From Octopus vulgaris (Eukaryota), in contig OX597827.1 in the NCBI GenBank assembly GCA_951406725.2, positions 4,836,001-4,900,000 of the forward strand: 64,000 nucleotides of DNA, read 5' to 3'. The first letter of the stretch is position 1; each line of letters begins with the position of its first letter. The position numbers and the translations under genes are program-made. The notes beneath the pieces were generated by a model, which had not been told where the DNA came from, did no database searches, and saw only the letters and a program-made list of their open reading frames with translations. Positions 12,314-25,501 of this stretch are shown here, in pieces.

Positions 12314-15300
12314 ATATTTATGAAAGTAAGACTGATTCATTCTAATCTAGTGCATTAGTATTTTTGCCACTTAATCTTCGTTCCACTGTTTATATTTACA
12401 AGAATGTAAATCTAAAAATATGAATTAAGGTATTAGTCTTCAACTTTTCACAAAACCACTGCGTGAACCATTTTGATCAAAACTAGAAAGTAAAACTATG
12501 TCACACACATTCAAATACATGCATGAACATACATACACATACGTTTTCAAATGAACAGTATAAAATACAAAATATTTGTATAGATTTATAGTCTGGCATA
12601 CTATTTCTTTTCAAAGAACTCTGTTTATTTTACATTAAGAAAGATATTTGGTTACAACAATAATGCAAAATAAATGACTGAGGAATTTCTTCAATATAAA
12701 ATCATAAAACCATTTTAATCAATAACAAATTTAAAAACTAAATAAGAAATATCATATTTTATGCCTGGCTTTACTCTTCATATTTCAGGATGTCAATATT
12801 AATAGCAAGGTTAAACTTTTCACTTTTGTGAGATTTATTAATTTGTTATTATGTAAAGTATTAATTTTCTGCAAATGAGCAATGAATATATATGCATTTT
12901 TAATGAAGAAAATTCAGTTTAAACTACCTAAAATACATTTTGGATTTAAATGTTTTCCTTCGTTTGTTAATATTTTATGAAAGCAAATAACACATTCATA
13001 ACAATTAGTGGTATTTCGATTTTAAAGAAAGGGTCACTGAAAAATCACCAATCATACATTTTATTTCTTTCCATAGATTTGTGATACCTTCTGGCTGTTC
13101 TATTTTGCATTATATACAAAATACATTCACAAAGATATCTTAAATATATATATTAAAAAAAAAAAAAAAAGAAATGATACTTATAGCACATCAAAGAAAT
13201 AACACATCAAAGAAATTTGTATTAAAGAATTATATCTGGCATTACTATATTTTCTAAGAAATAAGCTGGATTTTAAAAAAAGAATTTTCATTATCGAACT
13301 TGTTTTTCAGAGAGTATCTTTAGATTTCTGTCTTAGTTTCACTTCTATTATCATTTTGCTACCTTTCCTTTATCTTACTCTCCAATTTTTGGTCTTCTTT
13401 ATTGATATTATTGCATTGTTTTTATTTTTATCCCATGCTGCCTAATTTGGTTTCAAGTTGATGAATTAGCAGAATTATTATTGTGTTCGCTAGAATGCCT
13501 TCATTCTCTGCTCTCTGCACTGTAAGTTCGAATCCCACAGAGGTCATCTTTGCCTTTCAACCTTTCAGGATTGTTAAATAAAATATCAGCATTGGGATTG
13601 ATTTCCCCACCCAACTCCTTCTTTCCCTTTCTCTGCTTCTCTTTCTCTCTCTCTGATTCAGAGCTCCAACCCTGTTTCAGCCTAAGAATTATGAAAAGAA
13701 TATATGGTGTGTGGGGAATACTCTGCCAATTACATGTTAATTTCATGAGCAGGAATTCATTTGGCTCTATGGCTGAACACTGAAGAATTTACCAAGCTTG
13801 GTTCTATGAGCTTACTAACACTGTTTAGCTAATTCTGGATTGTGTGCAATATAAAATATATGAAGTGTCTCAGACAATGGTATTTCTGGTGAAATTGACA
13901 AACTGTTATCTAGTATCTGTGTATATTATCTTAGAATAATTTGCATATAGTAGTTGCTGTTTAGTCTCAGGTTAACCTTCATTGAACAAATGAGAGATAT
14001 TTCTGCTATGACTATTCAATCTTTTTATTATACCTAAGAGATTCATCTAATGTGTCCTGATATTTTAAAGACATTAAGATGGGAATAAGGGGAATTTGGC
14101 TGGTATTTCAGCTATTTCACACTGTAACAGAATGCAAGAAAAGTAGGTAGGTTAGACACTGCTTTTGCAGTTGAAACGAAGCAGAAAAAAGCCTATAGTA
14201 GTTCAGTCATTATAGCACTTGGACTAATACCTCATTTGTCCTCCAGTTGGAAATAACTGAATATGATTATTACAACCACTGAACACAAACAAACTAACCA
14301 CAGCTATGGTGGCAAGTCAACATCTAAGCTCTGATATTTGTTTGTTGTTCGAGAAAAGTTGTCATTTTTAAAACTTATGATGTAAAAATGGTGCTCATAA
14401 ATGGGGTATTTTATAGTGTCATATTACTGTAGTCCTTTGACATAACTACTTGTTAACAGATTATCTTGAGCTTGAGTTAATGACTATAGAAAAAAATTAA
14501 GATACTAGTAATTCAGTTAATGGAAAGAAAAATATTATGAAGTAATTTTTATATAAAGTAATGTAAAGCTTTGTAGTTAGTGGGTTAGTGGCAATTGCAG
14601 TCTGAATGAAAACAGTAAGAAATGGACTTTAACTGAATTACAATGCTAAGCATAAAAATTGTATTGTTTGAAATAAATGGAGTAGAATAAACTGAAGAGA
14701 TAAAATACTATTTACTTGGTTAGATCAGAAAAGAAGCAGAATGACAATATCTCACACTGTTTTAGATCACTGAATTCTTCTAGACATTTGAACTTTGTTG
14801 TAACCAGAGATTCATAGGTCATAATCTAAGACAGTTGTTTGACTTAAGGCAAGATGTGGTAATCAAATGATATAGTTCAAGGAGTTTGATAAATGATCAG
14901 AGAGGCTAGAAATGACAAAAGATCTTGGTCTTTATAATCTTCCTTACAGAATCTATAAAGATAAAGATAACAGCTAAACTTTACAGTGAGGACTGGATTC
15001 ATATTAATTTGATTGGTACAAGAATGACCACATTGTTGCATAAAGATGTGAGGAATGGGCATGCAGTTTTAGTCTGTTAACAAAACTGTGGAAAATGTTT
15101 GTGCAAAATGTGTCTTTGGTGCATTCTTTGAATGGTGAGTAGTCTTCTTGTTTGAATATCAATGAAGAGGTTTCATCTAATTTATCAAGTTGCTATTATA
15201 TCTGCAGAACAGACTTAGATTTTCATTATAAATCTTCTAGATTATCACTTTTAAGTTCATAGTAAAAGAAAAGGAGACTGATTTTGTAATTTGATCACTC

Positions 15301-16066
15301 CTTCTTTTTAATCTGGCTTGTCTGATATTTAGTATGGTAGGATATTTAAGGTGTTAATGTCTGTTTGAAATAGAAGTTGAACGGCAACAGTGAGTCACTT
15401 CATAAAATGTCTCTCCCTACTTCTGTGTATTTTAACATAAGTTAGCAACTAGCACAATATATGGCTTGCATACCACATGTGGCTAACTGGCAATCGCTAT
15501 GCAGCTTATAATCAATTTGGAAATAATATTCTTGTATTTTTCTTTCTTTATTTTTTTAACTACTTATATATAAACACATAACAGGGAAAATGTAGTATCA
15601 AAACTAAAAATCCAACCACTCCTCCTTGTCCTGTAGTCATAATTCATAATTAATAGAAATATTCTAAACATTCATATATTTTGAGAATTTACTGAAGCCT
15701 GCAGCATTTTTATTAAAACAGTATGGTCCTTGCTGCTTTCTAAACTGTGCAGGCTTGTTGTAATGTCATTTCTTCAATATATCATCATCATTGTCATCAT
15801 CATCATTAACGATAATAATTATAATGATACTAGTAACACTTTCTAATCTTGAATTGCTGGCCTTGTGCCAGCAATTTAAGATGAAGGAGCCAGTTATTTT
15901 CATTGACCCCGGTACTTGACTGGTACTTCTGTTATTGATCACGGAAAGATGAAAAGCAAACTTGATCTCAGTGGAATTTTAATCCAGAACATAAAATATC
16001 CAGAGGAAATGCCTCTAAGCCTTTCTGTCTGATGCACTAACGATCTGCTAGTATGCTGTCTTCTTA

Positions 16067-16074
16067 ATAATAAT

Positions 16075-16115
<41 letters not shown>

Positions 16116-16170
16116 GAGTAATAATAATAATAATAATAATAAGAGTAATAATAATAATAATAATAATAAT
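16067..16170. repeat. (AAT)n microsatellite
   Basis: Direct reading. Confidence 0.95.
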
Positions 16171-16932
16171 ACATTTTCCATTTATCATCAATGTTGGAAA
16201 CTTGCTTGTTGGTCCATGTATTCCCTGCATTGCTTAGTTTGATGTTGGATACAAAATTTGTTGCATACAATTTTTGTTTCTCATCAACATTGGATGGCTT
16301 GCTGACTCTCTCCATCTAACTTCAGAATAGTGCTACATATTTAAATATTCATATTTTTTTTATTTTTCCACTTGGCCCTATGGTTGCAATTTGGACTAAC
16401 AATATTGTATGCAAGAATCTAAGGACTAGGTTAAATTGTTTGTTTACTTCTTTTGCATGTATAATAACTGTAAAAAGACATTTTCAGATGATAAGTTGTT
16501 TCTACTTTGTTCTGCTTATATTTCCAACATTGAAAACTTGCTTGTGTTTTGGTGAAGCACCCACCCAATCCTACCGCCCCTGCCACCTGTACCAGAAATC
16601 TTGATAAAGATTGAGGTAAAGATGATAGAAATAGTGACAGTGGGAGTAATGGTGGGATTGGTAGTGATAAGTGAAAATAATAATTACAGTGGTAGTAGTA
16701 ATGGTGAAGATGGTAATAATAATGATCATAACTAGAGTAATAATAATATTGATAAAGAAGATGAAGGTAAATGTGTTAAACCTAGCAGTGATGGAGGGAA
16801 GTGGCATGGCGGAGGACCATGAGTTGTATATTTTGTAAATTTCTTATTGTGATGGCATGGAGGGAATGTCTGGCAAGCTTCTGCTGTTGGTGAATGTATG
16901 CTGTTATTAGGTATCAAATAAACACACTATTT

Positions 16933-17165
16933 AAGGCGGTGAGCTGGCAGAAACGTTAGCACGCCGGGCAAAATGCGTAGCTGTATTTCGTCTGTCATTA
17001 CGTTCTGAGTTCAAATTCCGCCGAGGTCCACTTTGCCTTTTATCCTTTCGAAATCGATAAATTAAGTACCAGTTACGCACTGGGGTCGATGTAATCAGCT
17101 TAATCCCTTTGTCTGTCTTTGTTTGTCTCCTCTATGTTTAGCCCCCTGTGGGCAATAAAGAAATA
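16933..17165 (+). mobile_element. tRNA-derived SINE family A, young full-length copy
   Basis: aggcggtgagctggcagaa head, gagttcaaattcc B box. 14-bp perfect TSD aaataaacacacta (16916-16929 / 17166-17179). Confidence 0.92.
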
Positions 17166-18883
17166 AAATAAACACACTAATAGTCAGATAGTTGGTGACT
17201 AAATTGGCAAACTCACCCAACATGCTTGATGAGGAGGGTGTTAGATGGATACTGTGTGGGAAGAGAAACAAAGACCTGTAAAAGAATGAATGAACTCATA
17301 CAGCTCAACGTCTATGAGGGTAGGTGTAGACTTTGAGCCTTGGTTGGTAATCCACCTAGCGATGGTGTCATGATAGAAATACTAGTGATTGCACAACCAT
17401 ATAAATGCAACCTCAAAATGAGTGGTGTCATTGTCAAGTAATAAGCATAAATGTATTAATGGAACTGTTAACAGGAAAGGAGTGTCTGAGCAAGCTCCAG
17501 CAGGTTGTCATCAGCCCATTGACCAGAATCAAAGTGAAAAGTGCAGAGGGAGAAAAGGAAATGGGGAAAACAGGTTGTGATTGAATGTTAGCTGAGATGT
17601 GAGCCAAATAAAAGAGGTTTCAGGAAACAAATGAAGAGAATATGGGATGAAAAGAGAGTTTTTGAAGCTTCCACCCAACAATTGATAGAGCAAGCAAGAA
17701 TAATATCATATAAATGATTGGATTACAGGATTAGACATTGAAGAAATTCAAAGAAGGATAAAAGATTAACAGGAAGAGTGTAAAACAGTAGCAAAAAGTA
17801 GAAATGAAGGAATAAAAGATGAAGAAAATGAAAAAGGTAAAAAATCCCTATGTGATCCCTGAGAATGATGATGAAGTAAATAGTGAAGGTGATTTAGCAG
17901 GACAGGTGACAGTAAAGGTTGCATTGGGGGTGAACAATTATGAGAAGGTGATTCTAGAAATGCTGCTCTTTAAAATGTTTGGTGTGAACGATGAAGTGCC
18001 ACCAAATATAAAGGAAAGTAAAGAGAACCACAGGTGAAGTAAATGGTGTTTTGAGCTCGTTAAAACAGGAGACATTAGGGAAACAAACAGGTCAATCATA
18101 GCTGCCGCTACTGTTGCAGCTGACATAATAGGATATGAGTGGAAGACTGTTGAAGAAAAGAAGGGGAAATAAAAGAAAGAACCAAACTGGAGGAAGAGAA
18201 CAGGAACGAAGTTGAAAAAGACACAGAAATGGGGCAATTAAATGGGATAATGAAAGGGAAAGTCAAGAATGAAGTAGTAATCAGAAAATTGAATTGACAG
18301 TACAGGTTTAAAGAAAGGGGAAAGCAAATTGTGTTTGAAGAATTGTCACAAAGGGTGACGGCCTTAAAGGCTATATTGAAAAGATATGATATAAGATGCA
18401 AATGTTTTGCACAGAATAAGTTGTTTCAGTGAATTAGAAGGCAACGTTTTGGAGGAAATAGAGGGGAACAACACCAGGAAGTGATTCCTGATGTGGAAGA
18501 AAGTTAAGTATTTTAGGGAGTCCTTTGAAACGAGTCAGTGAAACATAGGGGCAATGCAGAGTGTTTAACTCAGTTGGAGAGACAATATGCGACTGTACAA
18601 AGACAAAGGGTCATCAGAATTGATCTGTATTCAATGAGACTGAAATTGAAAAGAAATTGGAAATTGGAAAAGATCTGACCTGGATGGAATACAAGGAATA
18701 TTGGTTGGAGAATTCTACACAGTTGCATGAAAGGATTACTGCTCAACTAGATGAATGCCTGCAGCAGGAACATGTCCCTACCTGGATAAGTGGACGAGCA
18801 CTGTTATGTTCCCAAGGACCCATGAAAGATAAATTAGTCAGCTTTATACCTATTAGGTAATGCTATTCTATATTTCTGAGATA

Positions 18884-19115
18884 AGGCGGCGAGCTGGCTG
18901 AAACGTTAGCACGCCAGGCGAAATGCTTTGCAGTATTTCGTCCGCCGCTGCGTTCTGAGTTCAAATTCCGCCGAGGTCGACTTTACTTTTCATCCTTTCG
19001 GGGTCGATAAATTAAGTACCAGTTACGCACTGGGGTCGATGTAATCGACTTAATATGTTTGTCTGTCCTTGTTTGTCCCCTCTATGTTTAGCCCCTTGTG
19101 GGTAGTAAAGAAATA
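18884..19115 (+). mobile_element. SINE family A, young full-length copy
   Basis: Near-identical to the other young copies. 15-bp TSD tatatttctgagata / tatatttttgagata (18869-18883 / 19116-19130). Confidence 0.92.
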
Positions 19116-19762
19116 TATATTTTTGAGATAAGTATAATTAATGTACATAATTCTTCATCTCAGATAAATTAGTATCAAATTTTCAACTTATAACTTGTTT
19201 ACTACTTAAGTGGAAGCTTATGACAGGTGTCTTGGCAGAGAAATTATATAATAATGTGGAACGTAACAATTTACATCCAGCAGAACAAAAAGGATGCAGG
19301 AAGCAAAGTAGGACAACTAAAGACCAGTTATTAGTTGATAAAAGGAGTATTAGAAATTGTAGATGAAGTTTGATGAGATTGAATGTAGTAGGGTTGGATT
19401 ACAGAAAAGCATATCGCATGGTGCCACACAGTTGGGTGAGTAAAACAAAGAGCATGTTTGGAGTGGCAGAAAATATGGAGAAAATGGTTAATGAGAGTAT
19501 GAAACATTGGAATGCTGAATTGATTGGAGGAAAAGAAAGACTTGGGAAATGGAGGTAAGGTGATAACTTACCTCCGTTACTATTTGTGTTGATCATGATT
19601 CTGCTCAGTTTGATATGACTAGAAACCAAAATAGCTGATAATTTGGGAAAAAAGATATGATCAGATAAGTTACCTCCTTTTTATGGATGATACAAAGCTT
19701 TATGCGGAAAATGAGAAGAAGCTTGGAAGTCTTGAACCTACGTTTTTTTTATTTTACTTTTT

Positions 19763-20166
19763 CTTTTACTTGTTTCAGTCATTTGACTGCGGCCATGCTG
19801 GAGCACCGCCTTTAGTCAAACAAATCGACCCTGGGACTTATTCTTTGTAAGCCCAGTACTTATTCTATCGGTCTCTTTTGCCGAACCGCTAAGTGACGGG
19901 GACGTAAACACACCAGCATCGGTTGTCAAGCAATGCTAGGGGGACAAACACAGACACACAAACATACACACACACATATATATATATACATATATACGAC
20001 AGGCTTCTTTCAGTTTCCGTCTACCAAATCCACTCACAAGGCTTTGGTCGGCCCGAGGCTATAGTAGAAGACACTTGCCCAAGATGCCACGCAGTGGGAC
20101 TGGGACTGAACCCGGAACCATGTGGTTGGTAAGCAAGCTACTTACCACACAGCCACTCCTGCGCCT
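19763..20166 (-). mobile_element. tRNA-derived SINE family B (CORE-like centre), young full-length copy inserted in the R4-like RT
   Basis: Minus strand: ggcgcaggagtggctgtgtggtaag A box, gggttcagtccc B box, tggcatcttgggcaagtgtctt CORE-like motif, internal TA/TG microsatellite, tail tgactgaaacaagtaaaaga. Confidence 0.9.
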
Positions 20167-21042
20167 GTTTGCATTTTCACAAATGATGTAAGTATGGAAT
20201 TTGGGATTGAAATAATTATGGATGCATTGTGTGTCCTATTCTCTACTTCACTGTTCTAAGTTCTATTCACGCTGAAGTCAGTCTCAGTGGATAGATATGA
20301 GGTGGCCAAGGGAAAAAGATGTTGATGTTAATGCTGTCATACACAATATATTTAAGAAAATAAATCATTAAAAAATTACTAATAAACAATAATTATATGG
20401 TGAAGGGAAGAAAATCTTAATTCAGTCATTAATTCCAATTTAATCTTATTTTAGCAAGTTTGGGCGACAATTCCTGATATGTTGTACCCTTGGCCTTTTT
20501 AAACTTCATTAGGAAAGCACAGACTTTTCAGTACTTGTCAGATTAAAGATTACAGAATTACTACATTGATATACAATAACCTACATGAGTAGATGCCAAA
20601 AATTATTGTAATAATTTAAGGAAATCACCTAGTGACACTTTTGCATGAAAACTAACAGTCAAGTTAATACCATCATAACTTAGTAATATATACATATAGG
20701 TAGTATAACTGATTAAAGTATTGAATTAATTTCTAACATCATGAGACCAAATTTACTACATGCATTTTGTTGTGATTTTGGGGGGCAGGATATCATTCTG
20801 TAATGTGTCAGTTTAAAGCACTGCTGGAAATAGGCATCAGATCATCTGAGAATGTTACTTTTGATTGACTAGACTCCTATCCATGGGACAGATGTATATC
20901 CCATATCTCATTTTTATGCCATGAAACTGCTATATAACTGGCACAACTAGTACTGTCTCTTAAAAAGCTTTTTGGAGCCTGGGAGTTGTTGTTCCCTCCC
21001 CCCCACACCCTCATCCTTTGCCTTAGTGGTAAATAAAAGAAA

Positions 21043-21060
21043 TTATCATCATCATCATCA

Positions 21061-21130
<70 letters not shown>
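21043..21130. repeat. (CAT)n(TAT)n microsatellite
   Basis: Direct reading. Confidence 0.95.
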
Positions 21131-21132
<2 letters not shown>

Positions 21133-22671
21133 GTCAATTTTACATCAGTACTGAGCCATATTTAATTAACTATATTCTTCTTGGGGAAGCAGAGTGACTA
21201 AGCTGGCTGAATTGCTATTGCTGACCAAATAGTCTACTGTTAATATCCCATCAACGATACTGCATCATTTCCAGTACATTTAACCCTCATATAAGGATTA
21301 TAGCTTGGCTCTAATTGCAATACTTGTTCTATTTCACTGACAACCTTACACTAGCTTACACTATTGACTTAAAATCCTTCCTTGGTGTCATGCAGAAACG
21401 AATGACATCAATCTAGTTGATTTGCTCTAAATTCACTACATGAATATCATAAATCCACACTTAGCGTGAATTTCTTTCTTTTATGATCGCAAGCATTCCT
21501 GCCAAGATCATCCTATCTTTTCCTATTTTTTCAGGCATTGTATATCAAAATATATTATCCAGTTCAAGCCTTGCTTGGTTCAAGCCTGAAATAGGTTCAC
21601 TTCACACACCTCTGCTCTGTTCCCCCTTCAAATGTATGCATGGAGAAATTTAAGAAATCAATATCCATGTTTGTAAAATATATGTCTCAGATAAAATTTT
21701 CAAACAATCTTCTCCTTGTATAATTTATTATCATAGCAATGAGACACAGCACAAATTCTGAATGCTAGCACAAAATAAGAGCAGTTGTTAATGTAAAAAA
21801 AAAAAAAGTAATAACATAAAAATAAAGCAAAAAAAAAAAAAAGAAAAGAAAAATTCTTTCTCACCAAATTATTTTGAGAATCAATCTAGTAAAGGAAAAC
21901 AGTGTATCTAGCACTGTCTCATAAAATATTTAGGGTTTCCACACCGCTGCTACATGAATGTTCGGATGCATGCACACCAATTCACATACACATTTAATTA
22001 GTTAATGAGCTAGAAGATTTCAATGAGTGTATATTTATATTTCATTAGAATATGTATAAACAAACAGTAATAAAGAGAAAGGAAACCTGGTGAGAATTGA
22101 ACCCACACCCCACTAGTTAATTCTCTAAGTATAATTCCATTACACATGCTAACCATACACAATTTCTCTGCCTGATTATAAATTTACATAATATAATACA
22201 TATTGTGTAAACACATAATGTTGGTCATTTTAGTTGAGGGAAGAGGTTATTTATTAACAAGTCTTCTCTCTTTCTGTTTGTCTATGCATGTTCGCATTTA
22301 ATGTGTGTGTGTGTGTGTGTGTACATTGTACTCTTTACAGAACCATTGCTCATTAATAGATTAATTGCTTGATTGGTATATCGTAGTGTATGAGATATAT
22401 TCATTTCCCAAATATCTCAGCAAAATTTGTCATGCAACTTCACTCTGAATTGGATATTGCAAATTTGTGCAAGGAAACAAGTTTAGAATCCGACCAGGAT
22501 ATTTCTGTTCATGCTATGGCAAAAGAATGATGCAACTTCAAAGTGTATAAACTTATAGAATTGTGATTCACTGAAGAAAAAAAATTATTAAAAAATTATC
22601 ACTAGTAAATTCAGCTTTTGTTGTTATTTAATTCCACATCGGTCTCTCATACAATTTAACATCACTATATA

Positions 22672-22905
22672 TATTTCTTTACTACCCACAAGGGGCTAAA
22701 CACAGAGGGGACAAACAAGGACAGACATAGGTATTAAGTCGATTACATCGACCCCAGTGCGTAACTGGTACTTTATTTATCGACCCCGAAAGGATGAAAG
22801 GCAAAGTCGACCTCGGCGGAATTTGAACTCAGAACGTAGCGGCAGACGAAATACCGCTAAGCATTTCGCCCGGCACGCTAACGTTTCTGCCAGCTCGCCG
22901 CCTTT
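22672..22905 (-). mobile_element. SINE family A, young full-length copy
   Basis: 12-bp TSD catcactatata (22660-22671 / 22906-22917). Confidence 0.92.
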
Positions 22906-23259
22906 CATCACTATATAGCACTATATAACATCACTATATAGCACCTTCAGTGTTATTAGCTGAATCCACTCTGTTGCAGACATTTGACCAGTCTATATTC
23001 CAGCAATGCCTTCCTTCCTCCCCACTATGAGCCTTGGAGACCTTATAAGGTTTCATAAGCTCTGATTTCTCTCCAGGCTAAAAGATTAAAAAAAAAATAC
23101 AAGCTCTCCTATTAAGTATAGCTGTGTAGTTAAGTTTGCTTTGCAACCAAATGGTTTTCGGTTTTAGATTACTGTGCAGCAAGAGTTTTCATCTATAGCC
23201 TTGGATTGAATAGCCTTGTGATTGAAATTTGCTAGAGAGAAACTGTGCTGAACCTTGTC

Positions 23260-23790
23260 AACATCATCATCATCATAATTATCATTTAATGTTCGTTTTC
23301 CATGCTGGCATGGATTGGACCACTTGACATGAACTGGATAGGCTAGGAGGCCACACCAGGTTCCGTAGTCTGTTTTGGACTGGTTTTTGTAGCTAGATGT
23401 CCTTCCTAATGCCAGCCATTCAACAGAGGTGTACTGGATGCTTTTTACGTGGAACCATCACCTGTGCTTTTTACATGGTACCTGTGCTTTTTATGTGACA
23501 CCAGCACACATGACAATGCTTTTTACGTGGTACCTTGGTTTTAGGATTCCTGTTCTGTTATCTCCATCACAAGATTCAGTGCTTTGAGATCCACTGATCC
23601 TTATGAATCTCAGAATGCTGAACCTTATGAAGGAGACAGCAGAGGACTGAGATATGTGGTACATTGGTGTACTTGAGAAGACCTGCCCTCCAGAACATAA
23701 CTGAGAACCTAAAACCAAGGTGTCACGTAAAAAGCATACTTGTATGTGCTGGTGCCATGTAAAAAGCACTGGTGCTCATGCCACCTAAAA
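23260..23790. mobile_element. RTE LINE 3' end with internal inversion
   Basis: 23260-23550 is a minus-strand 3' UTR and tail. 23600-23790 is a plus-strand ORF end (LRMLNLMKETAED*DMWYIGVLEKT) plus UTR start. The two parts share an inverted segment cctaaaaccaagg...cacgtaaaaagcat. Confidence 0.7.
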
Positions 23791-24229
23791 AAGCAGAGAG
23801 AGATTGCCAATAAATTGGTGCATTCAACAAAAATGCTTCCTGGTATTTATTCTGCTCAACTTGCATAATCTCTCCCTTGATATCACTCTTGATGCTATCA
23901 TTCTCCAAATGTATGCTGTACAATAAAAATAAAGACATAGTATTTTTCCTTTTATAGGTTTGAGAGGATTTTCAGTTTTGCCTCTTTTGAGGATATGACA
24001 ACCCCTCTAGTGCTGGTGCTACAATTAAATAGACCAAGTAAAAGATGAATAACATATGAACATACTAGACAACATAGTGCTAGTTATAGAAAAAGATGTT
24101 GTGGATAGAATGCCTCTCACCATAAAGCTGTTCATTTAGAGCTGACTTAATACTAAACAGCAATTTACCTTTTGTCTCTTCAATCAAACTTATTCTATCA
24201 GACCACACCATCATCCAAAATACTGTACC

Positions 24230-24462
24230 TATTTCTTTATTACCCACAAGGGGCTAAATATAGATGGGACAAACAAGGATAGACATAGGTATTAAGTCGA
24301 TTCCATCGACCCCAGTGCATAACTGGTACTTAATTTATCGACCCCGAAAGGACGAAAGGCAAAGTCGACCTTGGCGGAATTTGAACTCACAGCGTAACGA
24401 CAGACAAAATACGGCTACGCATTTCGCCCGGCATGCTAACGTTTCTGCCAGCTCGCCGCCTT
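24230..24462 (-). mobile_element. SINE family A, young full-length copy
   Basis: 17-bp perfect TSD atccaaaatactgtacc (24213-24229 / 24463-24479). Confidence 0.93.
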
Positions 24463-25501
24463 ATCCAAAATACTGTACCATAATAAAATTTTCTTCAACC
24501 CACATTCTTTCAACTTGAATGTGAAATATGACTACTTATTTGGTGATAAGGCCTGTAATTCAGCATTTACAGAAACTTGGGGAAATTTTAACAATTTTAA
24601 AAATCAAAATCATGTATTTACATGTGTCAAATATATATATGCAACAATAAAACATATATTTGGTATGATACTTTAATATGCTCGACTGCTCCTCTTATAA
24701 TTTTTGTCTTCATAATTTGTATGTTTTTGTTTCTTGCAGTTTACTAATTCAGCCTTAAAATTTTTTTCCCCCTACACCTTTTAAAGTTTTCCATTGCTCT
24801 CACCATGTTTGTCAACATTTACCCTCTCCATCCTCATCCACTATGTCGTGCATGCTTCAATTCATTTGAGCTTGTTTTTCATAGCACTTAACATTCTTAC
24901 TATAACACCTGCCTACTTCCTGCTCTGCTTTCCACTTTATACATGCACCACTGCATCTGATCTGGGTTCTGATACTATCTTTAATCAAACAGTACTTCCT
25001 TCTACATCTGGCAGTTCCTACCCTTTAACATCACATCTTCATCCATTTCATTTTCTCACTTCCATTTTTGCATTCAAAGTGTAAAACCACACTATTTTAC
25101 TAATGTTAAACATTGCTACTTTCTTAGGATCCTACAGTTTTATTAATTAGTGTGTATTTTTTCGTCTATGAAAATCATTGTTGAATGTGACAACAAGCAA
25201 GTACAGAAAAATGCTCTGCTCTTATTCAAATGAGTACAATATAAAGTACATTGCTCTTATTTAAGAGGATTTAGAAAAGGTCACCAGATGGAAGCGTAGG
25301 CAGTAATGTGAAAAGAAATTATAAAGGGGTTATATAGGATAGTAAACACAATTTTTTGCAACTTCGAAAATTAGAAAATGACAGACATATTGCAACAGCA
25401 TTAATGTTTGTATTGGAAACAATGTTAACAAAGACAAAATTAGGTCATGTGATCAAGCAGCTACTCTGTTACCTGTCTAGATATTGCTTTTTTTATATAT
25501 A

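Larger units (their letters stand above)
17550..20220 (+). mobile_element. Degenerate R4/Dong-like non-LTR retrotransposon (RT pseudogene), interrupted by insertions
   Basis: Translated pieces: YWLENSTQLHERITAQLDECL, SNFQLITCLLLKWKLMTG, PAEQKGCRKQSRTTKDQLLVDK, LDYRKAYRMVPHSWV, GDNLPPLLFVLIM, LLFMDDTKLYAENEK, SMEFG. Many stops and frameshifts. Confidence 0.85.

Noticed and set aside
14150-15400. Possible ancient minus-strand retroelement relic; similar unassigned unique stretches at 21160-21660, 33380-33860, 34200-34580 and 40030-40400
   Set aside because: No motif could be read with confidence. BLASTx would be needed.
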